Source of the DNA: Candidatus Nanosyncoccus sp.
GTDB lineage: Bacteria > Patescibacteriota > Saccharimonadia > Saccharimonadales > Saccharimonadaceae
Assembly (NCBI GenBank): GCA_045541635.1
Contig: JAZQJM010000009.1
Coordinates: 1 to 45,740 of the forward strand
Reading direction: 5' to 3'
DNA: 45,740 nucleotides
The notes under the pieces were generated by a model. That model saw only the letters and a program-made list of their open reading frames with translations, made no database searches and had not been told where the DNA came from. The position numbers were made by a program, and so were the translations under genes. This document shows, piece by piece, positions 9,342 to 18,027 of the stretch (its first letter is position 1; each line of letters begins with the position of its first letter).

Positions 9342-10349
9342 CTAGCCATTTCTTCGCTGAGCTTTTGATTCAAGTGGCTCCCACCAATCTTTATGGTCAA
9401 GATACCACTGAATGGTCTTCACAATTCCATTCTCGAATTTCGTCTCAGGCTCCCAGCCTAGATCCCGTGTAATCTTCGAAGGATCGATTGCGTATCGTCT
9501 ATCATGACCTTTTCTATCTTCTACAAAAGTAATCAAAGATTCCGGCTTACCCAGCTCCTTTAATATTAACTTCACGATTTCAATATTCGACTTTTCGTTA
9601 TGACCACCTACATTATATACTTCACCCACGGTATCGCCATGGATGATCATATCTATCGCCTTGCAGTGGTCTTCTACATATAGCCAATCACGCACATTTA
9701 GCCCATCACCATATACCGGCAAAGGCTTATCATGTAGAGCGTTAATAATCATCAGTGGTATTAACTTTTCTGGAAAATGATACGGCCCATAGTTATTAGA
9801 ACAGCGCGAAATAGACACTGGCAGCCCATAAGTCCTATAATACGCCATCACCACAAGATCCGCTGATGCTTTCGATGCCGAATATGGGCTAGAAGCATGC
9901 AAATTCGTCTGCTCGGTAAAGAACAAATCTGGCCTATCAAGTGGCAAATCACCATATACTTCATCCGTAGACACCTGATGATAACGCCCCACATTGTACT
10001 TTTTACAAGCCTCCATCAATACTTCTGGCCCCAGTACATTAGTAGTTAAGAAAACTTCAGGATTCTCAATCGATCTGTCCACATGACTCTCAGCTGCGAA
10101 ATTTACCACTATGTCAGGCTTTTCTTCAGCAAAAATCTTATCAATCGCCTCTGCATCTCGTATATCTGCCTTTACAAAACGAAAGTTCTCATGTCCCATT
10201 GCACGATTAAGTGTCGCCAAATTACCAGCATAAGTCAAAGCATCGATACATACAATCCTATAAAAGGGATATTTCTTTAGCATGTAATATACAAAATTCG
10301 AACCAATAAACCCAGCCCCACCAGTTACTATCACAGTCTTCTTATCCAC
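9342..10349 (-). CDS. rfbB: dTDP-glucose 4,6-dehydratase
   Basis: TGGAGFIGSN, AAESHVDRSI, STDEVYG, YSASK, NNYGP, EKLIP, GHDRRY; GTG start with AGGAGG. Confidence 0.97.
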   Translation of the reverse strand: MDKKTVIVTGGAGFIGSNFVYYMLKKYPFYRIVCIDALTYAGNLATLNRAMGHENFRFVKADIRDAEAIDKIFAEEKPDIVVNFAAESHVDRSIENPEVFLTTNVLGPEVLMEACKKYNVGRYHQVSTDEVYGDLPLDRPDLFFTEQTNLHASSPYSASKASADLVVMAYYRTYGLPVSISRCSNNYGPYHFPEKLIPLMIINALHDKPLPVYGDGLNVRDWLYVEDHCKAIDMIIHGDTVGEVYNVGGHNEKSNIEIVKLILKELGKPESLITFVEDRKGHDRRYAIDPSKITRDLGWEPETKFENGIVKTIQWYLDHKDWWEPLESKAQRRNG

Positions 10350-10358
10350 TCTTACCTC

Positions 10359-10913
10359 CTATAAATCAAATTTAAAATTAAGTTCACTCAGCTTCGGATG
10401 CCTTGTGTCTTTTTCTGATAATATCAAGTCACCATCGATTTTTGGCCATTTTATCCCCACCGAATCATACATAATTCCACCTTCATCCTCAGGATGATAC
10501 AACTCGTCACATTTATAAGCAAACTCTGCCGTCTCGCTCACCACTAAGAAACCATGTGCAAATCCTCTCGGAATCATCAACTGTTTCTTATTTTCGGCCG
10601 ACAACAGCACCCCCACCCACTTACCATAAGTAGGAGAATTTGCCCTGAGATCCACTGCCACGTCGAACACTTCACCACTAAGCACCCTTACCAATTTGGC
10701 CTGAGGATGTTCCTTTTGAAAATGAAGTCCCCTCAGCACGCCTTTGCTCGACGAAGACTGATTATCCTGCAAAAAATCATAGCGAAGCCCAGCCTCCTTA
10801 AAATCACGCTCCGAATAAGTCTCCATGAAATACCCGCGCTCATCACCAAACACCGTTGGCTCTACGACATATACTCCATCAATTTCCGTAGCGACGAATT
10901 TGAATTTTCCCAT
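10359..10913 (-). CDS. rfbC: dTDP-4-dehydrorhamnose 3,5-epimerase
   Basis: DERGYF.E, QDNQS.S.KGVLRGLHFQ, GFAHGF. Confidence 0.97.
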   Translation of the reverse strand: MGKFKFVATEIDGVYVVEPTVFGDERGYFMETYSERDFKEAGLRYDFLQDNQSSSSKGVLRGLHFQKEHPQAKLVRVLSGEVFDVAVDLRANSPTYGKWVGVLLSAENKKQLMIPRGFAHGFLVVSETAEFAYKCDELYHPEDEGGIMYDSVGIKWPKIDGDLILSEKDTRHPKLSELNFKFDL

Positions 10914-11797
10914 TAGTCCCTCATCTTTCTCTCAGCCACCTTAGCAAGATGCTGACCATAAGTTGTTTTCTTATATTTCTCTGCTTCTCTAAGTAGTTCC
11001 TGCTCACTTATCCACCCACGTTTAAAAGCAATTTCTTCCGGCGCAGCAATCTGCACACCTTGCCTCTTCTGTACCACTCTTACGTAATCAGACGCATCAG
11101 CTAGCGAATCCACCGTACCAGTATCCAGCCAAGCGAATCCACGACTTAGTAGTTGCACATCAAGTCTTCCTTCATCTAGATACATTTCATTAAGTGTTGT
11201 GATCTCCAATTCTCCCCTAGCAGATGGCGCTACCAATTCAGCCTTCTCAGCCACCCCACTCGGATAGAAATACAGCCCCGTCACAGCATAATTACTCTTC
11301 GGCTCCACCGGCTTCTCCTCTATAGATATCGCGTGCCATGCGTCATCAAATTCCACCACTCCGAAGCGTTCCGGATCATTCACATAATAGCCAAACACCG
11401 TCGCTCTACCTTCTTCTGCATTTTTGACAGCCTGTATTAAAGTTCTCGTAAATCCTGATCCATAGAAAATATTATCACCAAGTATCATCGCGCACGGCTC
11501 GTCACCAATAAATTCTTTCCCCAGCACAAAAGCCTGCGCTAGCCCATCAGGAGAAGGCTGCTCCATATAAGACAAATTAATTCCCATATTTTTGCCATCA
11601 CCTAGCAGCCTCTCAAAATTCGGCAAATCATTTGGCGTCGAAATAATCAAAATATCACGAATCCCAGCCAACATCAAAGTCGACAGTGGATAGTAAATCA
11701 TCGGCTTATCATACACTGGCAACATCTGCTTCGACGTACCAAGAGTCAACGGATAAAGTCTCGTACCAGACCCACCAGCCAAAATAATTCCCTTCAT
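10913..11797 (-). CDS. rfbA: Glucose-1-phosphate thymidylyltransferase
   Basis: [42 protein letters not shown]. Confidence 0.97.
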   Translation of the reverse strand: MKGIILAGGSGTRLYPLTLGTSKQMLPVYDKPMIYYPLSTLMLAGIRDILIISTPNDLPNFERLLGDGKNMGINLSYMEQPSPDGLAQAFVLGKEFIGDEPCAMILGDNIFYGSGFTRTLIQAVKNAEEGRATVFGYYVNDPERFGVVEFDDAWHAISIEEKPVEPKSNYAVTGLYFYPSGVAEKAELVAPSARGELEITTLNEMYLDEGRLDVQLLSRGFAWLDTGTVDSLADASDYVRVVQKRQGVQIAAPEEIAFKRGWISEQELLREAEKYKKTTYGQHLAKVAERKMRD

Positions 11798-11844
11798 ATT
11801 TGCTCCTTTTTACTATTTTATCATAAAATGCTATAATATACTGC

Positions 11845-12189
11845 ATGATTGAGGAAATAGGTGTAGACATCGTAGAAAATGACCGTATGGCTCACGCCCT
11901 AGCCACACCCCACCTACCAGAGAAAATCCTCACCCCTACCGAGCTTGCCGAATACCATAAAAGACAACCTACTAAGAGCTTAGAATACATTTGTGGTCGT
12001 TTTGCAGCTAAAGAAGCCATTATTAAGGCTCTTCATCATCACTTTAGCCCTCATTATCTAGAGATCGAAATCCTCGAGAACTCCGACGGCTCTCCCCGTC
12101 CATGTTGTAAAAATTACAACATTAAATTATCTATTTCTCATGAACGCCATTATACCGTCGCCACAGCTATCCTTTTAGGGCCTTGCTAA
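11845..12189 (+). CDS. acpS: Holo-ACP synthase (4'-phosphopantetheinyl transferase)
   Basis: IGVDIVE, GRFAAKEAIIKA, G.P, SISHE; own TGCTATAAT promoter 7 nt before the ATG. Confidence 0.93.
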   Translation: MIEEIGVDIVENDRMAHALATPHLPEKILTPTELAEYHKRQPTKSLEYICGRFAAKEAIIKALHHHFSPHYLEIEILENSDGSPRPCCKNYNIKLSISHERHYTVATAILLGPC

Positions 12190-13087
12190 TTTTCTTGTAA
12201 ATACTATCGGCATCTAACTCGTTCATCTTCCTTACCTCATCCAGCGTCCCATATCCTTCAGCAAATCGATCATTTAGCCCAATTTTCGTCAACTTAGCAC
12301 CTAGTCCCTCGCATGCTATCACGTCAGCAATACTACTCCCTAGCCCGCCAGTCACACTATGCTCTTCCACAGAGATAATATTATTAATATCGCGAGCAAT
12401 TTCTTTCACAGATTTCACATCAAAAGGCTTTATCGTAGCCACGTTAATTACTTTAACCGAAACACCTTCATCCTGCAGTCGCGACGCAGCCTTCAATACT
12501 TCACTCATTATACTACCAGTCACGAAAACTGCCACATCCTTACCGTCCATTACCGTATTATTCTTCCCCACCTCGAAGGGTACATCCCCTTCATATATTT
12601 CTTCCTCACCACTCATCCCCATTCTAATATAAACTGGCCCAGTTATCTCATACGCTGCCTTCACACACTCGCTTAGTTCTTTCGGCGAACATGGAGAGAA
12701 AATCGTTAGTCCAGGTAGTGGCTTCAACACTGCAATATCTTCAGTAGAATGATGCGTTACCCCAAGTGTCGACCAAGCCAGCCCACACCCCATACCTACT
12801 AATTTTACATTCTGATTTTGCAGACACACATCATCACGAATAAACTCATATGACCGATAAGCCAAAAACGCCCCAGTCGTATATACAAAAGGAATCTTAC
12901 CACAACTTGCCATACCAGCGCTAGCTGCTACCTTATTATTTTCGCTAATTCCAAAATTCACCACCTGATTAGGATATTCTCTTGCAATCAAATCATCATA
13001 ATCCGTCCCACTATCTGACAGACACGATATCACTCTTTCATCACTTTTTATCAAATCATACAGTGTGCTTATATAACTTTTCTGCAT
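12167..13087 (-). CDS. Transketolase-like, C-terminal (pyrimidine-binding/C-domain) subunit
   Basis: GISE, RSYEFIRDD, G.THHSTED, GPVYIR, TIKPFD, EEHSVTGGLGS. Confidence 0.92.
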   Translation of the reverse strand: MQKSYISTLYDLIKSDERVISCLSDSGTDYDDLIAREYPNQVVNFGISENNKVAASAGMASCGKIPFVYTTGAFLAYRSYEFIRDDVCLQNQNVKLVGMGCGLAWSTLGVTHHSTEDIAVLKPLPGLTIFSPCSPKELSECVKAAYEITGPVYIRMGMSGEEEIYEGDVPFEVGKNNTVMDGKDVAVFVTGSIMSEVLKAASRLQDEGVSVKVINVATIKPFDVKSVKEIARDINNIISVEEHSVTGGLGSSIADVIACEGLGAKLTKIGLNDRFAEGYGTLDEVRKMNELDADSIYKKISKALKG

Positions 13088-13917
13088 TCCAAAATCTCCT
13101 CTTCAGTGATATTTAATTCATTCATGAAAGTCTTCAGTTCCCTCTTACTCGGCAATCTCCAGTGCCACCTTGGATCATTTTCTACAATAGATACACCTTT
13201 ACCCTTTATCGTATGCGCCAGAATCATCCGTGGCTTACCAGTCTCATTCGGTTTCTCGAACACTCCATCCAGCTCTTTCACATTGTGACCATCCACTTCC
13301 AGCACATCCCAGCCAAAATCTTCAAATCTTTCTTTCCAGTTATTAATACCCATCACTTCGTCCACGGGGCCCATTTTCTGAATTTTATTACAATCAATAA
13401 TCGCCACAAGATTATCGAGCTTCTCCTTCGCAGCAAACATCACAGCTTCCCAAATCGCCCCCTCTTCACATTCCCCATCACCCAATATTACGTAAGTTTT
13501 ACTACTTCTATCATCAATCTTATTAGCAAATGCCATTCCAGCCCCAATCGACAGCCCATGCCCTAGCGAACCAGTCGTTGCCTCTACACCAGGGATATTC
13601 GGTACGCACGGTTCACCACCCAGTACGCTTCCTGGTTTACAGAAAGATTTAAGCGTCGCTTCGTCATAAAATCCCGCCAGCTGCAACATTACATATAGCG
13701 CCAAACTCCCATGTCCTTTGCTAAGTATTAGCCGATCACGCTCTGGATTACCCAAATCATCTGGCTTCACCTTAAGATGCCCATTTAGATACAAACTATA
13801 CAATATCTCCACCAGCGAAAAAGCCGACGCGAGATGTGCGATATTCACAGAATACCCTGTTAGAAAAATCTTTTTTCTGATATCTTGCAGCTTATCTTTT
13901 TCCATTTCCTCCTCCAT
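13069..13917 (-). CDS. Transketolase-like, N-terminal ThDP-binding subunit (start may be ATG 13905)
   Basis: AHLAS, RDRLILSKGHG, TTGSLGHGL, GDGECEEG ThDP motif, TIKGKG, WH. Confidence 0.93.
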   Translation of the reverse strand: MEEEMEKDKLQDIRKKIFLTGYSVNIAHLASAFSLVEILYSLYLNGHLKVKPDDLGNPERDRLILSKGHGSLALYVMLQLAGFYDEATLKSFCKPGSVLGGEPCVPNIPGVEATTGSLGHGLSIGAGMAFANKIDDRSSKTYVILGDGECEEGAIWEAVMFAAKEKLDNLVAIIDCNKIQKMGPVDEVMGINNWKERFEDFGWDVLEVDGHNVKELDGVFEKPNETGKPRMILAHTIKGKGVSIVENDPRWHWRLPSKRELKTFMNELNITEEEILECRKVI

Positions 13918-14756
13918 TATCCAAACAAAGTTATCGTTTCCGAATCTAGCCCCGAACCACCCACATACGGCATCTCATTTAGCACGCGCACATCGTCATC
14001 ACTTATCTCGAAGTTAAACACATCGAGGTTCTGCCTCATCCTCTCACTATCTTTACTTTTCGGAATAGGCACCACATCATTTTGCAGACACCATCTAATA
14101 CATAACTGAGCTACTGATACACCATATTTCTCTGCCAGTACCTGCAATGTTTCCACTTTCAACATTTTACCAGAACCAAGTGGACTCCAGGCCTCTACTA
14201 CAATATTCTGCTCCTTACAGTATTTCCTAATTTCATCCTGCATTTGACCAATATGAAACTCTATTTGGTTCACCATCGGCATTATCTTAGCAGTTTTCTT
14301 CAGTTCTTCTAGTTGACTCACATTAAAATTACATACGCCAATCGCTTTTACTTTTCCAGCTTCATACAACTTCTCCATTTCATCCCACACTGAAGCATTT
14401 ATTTCAACCCAATTTTCGTGTACGGCTTTCGAAGCTGGCCAATGCATTAGATATAAATCTAGGTATTCACATTGCAAATTCTTCACTGTTCTATTATACG
14501 CCTCACCGACTCTATCCCTATCATCATTCCACAGCTTCCCTGTAATAAACATTTCTTCTCTCGACACATTAGCCTCATGAAATGCCTTGCCTACTGCTAT
14601 TTCATTACCATAAGCATAAGCCGTATCAAAATGCCTATACGATGCATTAATAGCGTCTAAGATAATCTCTGTAGTTTCTGGCTTATCTTTTAATTTCCAA
14701 GTACCATACCCCACCACCGGCATCTCGTGACCATTAGATAATTTTACTTTATACAT
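13917..14756 (-). CDS. Aldo/keto reductase (2,5-diketo-D-gluconate reductase-like)
   Basis: GYGTW, DTAYAY, KLW, DLYLMHWP, GVCNF, NQIE.H, AWSPLG, IPKS; start moved to ATG 14756, which follows GGAGGAG. Confidence 0.9.
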   Translation of the reverse strand: MYKVKLSNGHEMPVVGYGTWKLKDKPETTEIILDAINASYRHFDTAYAYGNEIAVGKAFHEANVSREEMFITGKLWNDDRDRVGEAYNRTVKNLQCEYLDLYLMHWPASKAVHENWVEINASVWDEMEKLYEAGKVKAIGVCNFNVSQLEELKKTAKIMPMVNQIEFHIGQMQDEIRKYCKEQNIVVEAWSPLGSGKMLKVETLQVLAEKYGVSVAQLCIRWCLQNDVVPIPKSKDSERMRQNLDVFNFEISDDDVRVLNEMPYVGGSGLDSETITLFG

Positions 14757-15834
14757 GTTTCTTTTTCTCCTCCAGCTCATTTATCGTTTCTTTTTTGTAA
14801 ACATGCCAATTTTCCAGCAAATCATCCCAACTATCGTAATTCGCATCCTCTCTTCTATCCACTAGTTCATAATGTTCTTTCAAGTATTTCGCTAAGAAAT
14901 CTGTATATTTATTAGAGCCATACATATTCACATGAGAATCATTATAGAAGTCATTATCATAATCTAACCCCATTTCATCCCTATGTTCATTAGCATCCAA
15001 GAAATCAAACCCAGCACTCGTCACTTTCTGCTCCACCCAGTTATAAATCTTTTTATGTTCATTAGTCTCCTCATATGGCGACACCACGAAAAGCACTTTC
15101 TTACCAGTATCCTTGAGCTGCGAAATCATCTCATCCAGAATTTTCGCAGTTTCTTCCGACGGTTCATTTATTTCTTTCGTATCTATGTGGTTCTTTTTGA
15201 TTTTCTTAGTTCTCTTAATCGTAAAATATCCTTTATACGGATGCTCATACTCACCCCTTAGCACTTTTAGCTGATAATCAATATCATATGGTAGTTCCCC
15301 ATAACGCGTGTGATATAATGCTAAGTCAAAATGATACGACCATTTATCTTCATCTTCCGGCAAATATTTTGGAATAATTTCTTCAATAATCTGCGCCCTC
15401 TCAATCGAAAACGGCGTAGAAGACAGCACATTACGATACACTGCACCAGTCGGTTTCATATTAGAATCTCGATACTGAAACGCCCTTGCATCAATAATTA
15501 ACACATCTGGATCCTGGGTCTTCTGCACTTCCTTTATCAGATAACTATACATTTCAGCTTGCATTGTATCAGCAGCATAATCATAAGACGTAATTCCATA
15601 ATTTTCATACGCCGTGAGTGGCTGCCAATACACGAACACTGCACTACCACCCATATATACCACATCAAGCGTATTCTTCTTCTCTCCATAGAATCCAGCA
15701 ATATTCTGATTATTCACATTATCTGGTCGAAAAATCGCACTAAGCAGTAGCACTACCAAGACTCCACAGACCGCAAATCCCACAATCTGCAGTAAGTTTT
15801 TTACATGATATTTGACACCATTTTCTTCCATCAC
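14749..15834 (-). CDS. Membrane-anchored SGNH-like acyltransferase (DltD/AlgJ/PatB-type)
   Basis: N-terminal TM, MGGSA block-I Ser, DFYNDSHVNMYG D-x-H block V; directly downstream of the MBOAT. Confidence 0.75.
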   Translation of the reverse strand: MMEENGVKYHVKNLLQIVGFAVCGVLVVLLLSAIFRPDNVNNQNIAGFYGEKKNTLDVVYMGGSAVFVYWQPLTAYENYGITSYDYAADTMQAEMYSYLIKEVQKTQDPDVLIIDARAFQYRDSNMKPTGAVYRNVLSSTPFSIERAQIIEEIIPKYLPEDEDKWSYHFDLALYHTRYGELPYDIDYQLKVLRGEYEHPYKGYFTIKRTKKIKKNHIDTKEINEPSEETAKILDEMISQLKDTGKKVLFVVSPYEETNEHKKIYNWVEQKVTSAGFDFLDANEHRDEMGLDYDNDFYNDSHVNMYGSNKYTDFLAKYLKEHYELVDRREDANYDSWDDLLENWHVYKKETINELEEKKKHV

Positions 15835-17351
15835 TAAAATCCTCCATAGATAAAGTCATTCACATTATATGTCGGACCATACGCACCAAACACCAGAATC
15901 ACCACAATTAACACAAGGAGCACTACCCACCTAAACACCCACCACTGCTCATGAAATTTCACCGGCACGTTAATACCTTTATAATTCAAATAATCTACTA
16001 ACCCCACCACGGCACACATTACAAATAGTATCCACGGCACATGTGGCAAATTAGCAAATTCTGGCAGTCCAGACATCCTTAATACTGCCTTGATATATTG
16101 TGGCGCGTCTTTCAAATGTGGTATACATGCAAAGAACCACAGGCAGCACATCATCGCAAAGGTCCTCAGTACCTGAAACACCTTAAATCCAAGATTATCC
16201 TTAGAAATATGTAGTAGCTCTCTCAACTTATTAAATAGCCCGTCAAATATCTGCCCACCGGCAAAATATACCCATGGTACTATCCCAGCAGCAAAAATAT
16301 ACTTATAATCAGTTCCGTGCCATATACCAATAATTAACCAGAGTGCCAGCACTGCAATTAATGTCGGCACAATCCTACTTACTTTCTTGCCAAATCTCTT
16401 CTTTAGTCCCCTCCCCATTTTCTGAAAACCAGCCGACTTCAGTAGTGGATACATCACATAATCCTTACCCCAGGTCCCAAGCGTTATGTGCCACCTCCTC
16501 CAAAACTCACTCAAAGTCTTCGAGAAAAACGGACTATCGAAATTTTCCGGCAGCTTTACACCATACATCGTAGAGGCCCCTAGCACTATATCCATACATC
16601 CTGAGAAATCCATATACACCTGAATCGCATACGCCGCCGTCGCCACCACCATTAGCCCACCAGACACTGCCGATGCTCCACCTTCTGCTCCATACACCGA
16701 CTGCACCACTGGCGCCAAATTATCAGCGATCACCATTTTCTTCATTAATCCATAAATAAATCTTTCAAATCCCAAGTAAAAATAATCATAACTGAACTTC
16801 TTTTCACCAAATAGCCCTTCCCTCATTTCATTGAAACGCATAATCGGCCCCGACACCAGCGCAGGATAATAACATGCAAAAGTTGCCACTTTTAGATAAT
16901 TCTTCTCAGCAACATAAGTCGTCCGATACACATCCACCAGATAGCTAGCAAGTGATAGCGTATAATATGACACACCTATCGGCGCAATCAAGTTAATCGT
17001 ATTAAGCCCGAAATTCACATTAAACAATTCACCAAATAAATTGATTGTCTTCGGAAAAATGTTTATCCACTTCAGCGTAGCCAATATCCCAAACACCACC
17101 ATTAGTGTTATAACTAGCACAACTTTCTTCTGCCTATCACTTTTACACTTTTCTGCAATTAATCTCGTACCAATATACACAGCCGTCACACTTGCCAGTA
17201 AGTAAAACAGCATCTTCCACTCACTCGCACACAAAAAGAAAATCACATTAGAGATAAGCAATATAATATACCTGATTTTCTTCGGGCACAACCAATATAT
17301 CACCACAGTAGTGATTAGAAACAAAAAGAAATTAAGCGAAGTAATACTCAT
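15834..17351 (-). CDS. MBOAT family O-acyltransferase (AlgI/DltB-like)
   Basis: PIGVSYYT, GPI.R, KK.VIAD, DFSG..D, ENF..PF, FWRRWHITL, GIWHG catalytic His; C-terminal FIYGGF. Confidence 0.95.
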   Translation of the reverse strand: MSITSLNFFLFLITTVVIYWLCPKKIRYIILLISNVIFFLCASEWKMLFYLLASVTAVYIGTRLIAEKCKSDRQKKVVLVITLMVVFGILATLKWINIFPKTINLFGELFNVNFGLNTINLIAPIGVSYYTLSLASYLVDVYRTTYVAEKNYLKVATFACYYPALVSGPIMRFNEMREGLFGEKKFSYDYFYLGFERFIYGLMKKMVIADNLAPVVQSVYGAEGGASAVSGGLMVVATAAYAIQVYMDFSGCMDIVLGASTMYGVKLPENFDSPFFSKTLSEFWRRWHITLGTWGKDYVMYPLLKSAGFQKMGRGLKKRFGKKVSRIVPTLIAVLALWLIIGIWHGTDYKYIFAAGIVPWVYFAGGQIFDGLFNKLRELLHISKDNLGFKVFQVLRTFAMMCCLWFFACIPHLKDAPQYIKAVLRMSGLPEFANLPHVPWILFVMCAVVGLVDYLNYKGINVPVKFHEQWWVFRWVVLLVLIVVILVFGAYGPTYNVNDFIYGGF

Positions 17352-17776
17352 TCGTTCGCCTCCAGAAATCCAATTTTCATTATGCCCTTAGCGACTTTTT
17401 CACCTGAATTATTGTGCACTAGAGTCTTCACCACAATCCTCTTAAATCTCTCATCCACCTCTTTCACTTCCCCTTCAACAGTTAATGGACAATCGCTTAT
17501 TAGGACTGGCTTTAAGAAACTCACCTCCACACTATGTATCAAACTCTTCTCACCAGGTAGATATACCCCAGCTAATGTCGAAAACGCCGATGCTGTTAGC
17601 ATCCCATATATAACTTTTTCATTAAATCCGTGCGCCCTCGCGTAATCAAGGTCATTATGTAACGGATTATTATCACCAGTCAATTCTAGAAAAGCCTTCA
17701 TTTTTGCTTCGTTCACTTCAAAAACCAAGCTCTCCTTATGTCCGACTTTAATATCCGTTACATTGTAATGGTTCAT
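17348..17776 (-). CDS. MaoC-family (hot-dog fold) acyl dehydratase
   Basis: F..LTGD.NPLH.D..YA...GF....YGML hydratase-2 motif; F.KPV. Confidence 0.9.
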   Translation of the reverse strand: MNHYNVTDIKVGHKESLVFEVNEAKMKAFLELTGDNNPLHNDLDYARAHGFNEKVIYGMLTASAFSTLAGVYLPGEKSLIHSVEVSFLKPVLISDCPLTVEGEVKEVDERFKRIVVKTLVHNNSGEKVAKGIMKIGFLEANE

Positions 17777-18027
17777 TACTGGCGCTCTAGGATTACATCT
17801 ACCATTTCGCCCACATTTTTAAGCGATGTTACCTCTCCCATATTAAATTTCATACCAAATTTATTCTCTACAGCCACCACAAGATTAATATGCTCTAGAC
17901 TATCCCAATCTTCAATATCATCAGCCGTAGTCTCAGGAGTTACATGAATCGACTCGTCATCAAATACATCCTGGAATACCTCATCTAATGCTTCATAAAT
18001 CTGTTCTTTTGTAAGTTTTTCGCTCAT
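17776..18027 (-). CDS. Acyl carrier protein
   Basis: 83 aa, acidic, with the WDSLEH phosphopantetheine attachment motif. Confidence 0.93.
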   Translation of the reverse strand: MSEKLTKEQIYEALDEVFQDVFDDESIHVTPETTADDIEDWDSLEHINLVVAVENKFGMKFNMGEVTSLKNVGEMVDVILERQ

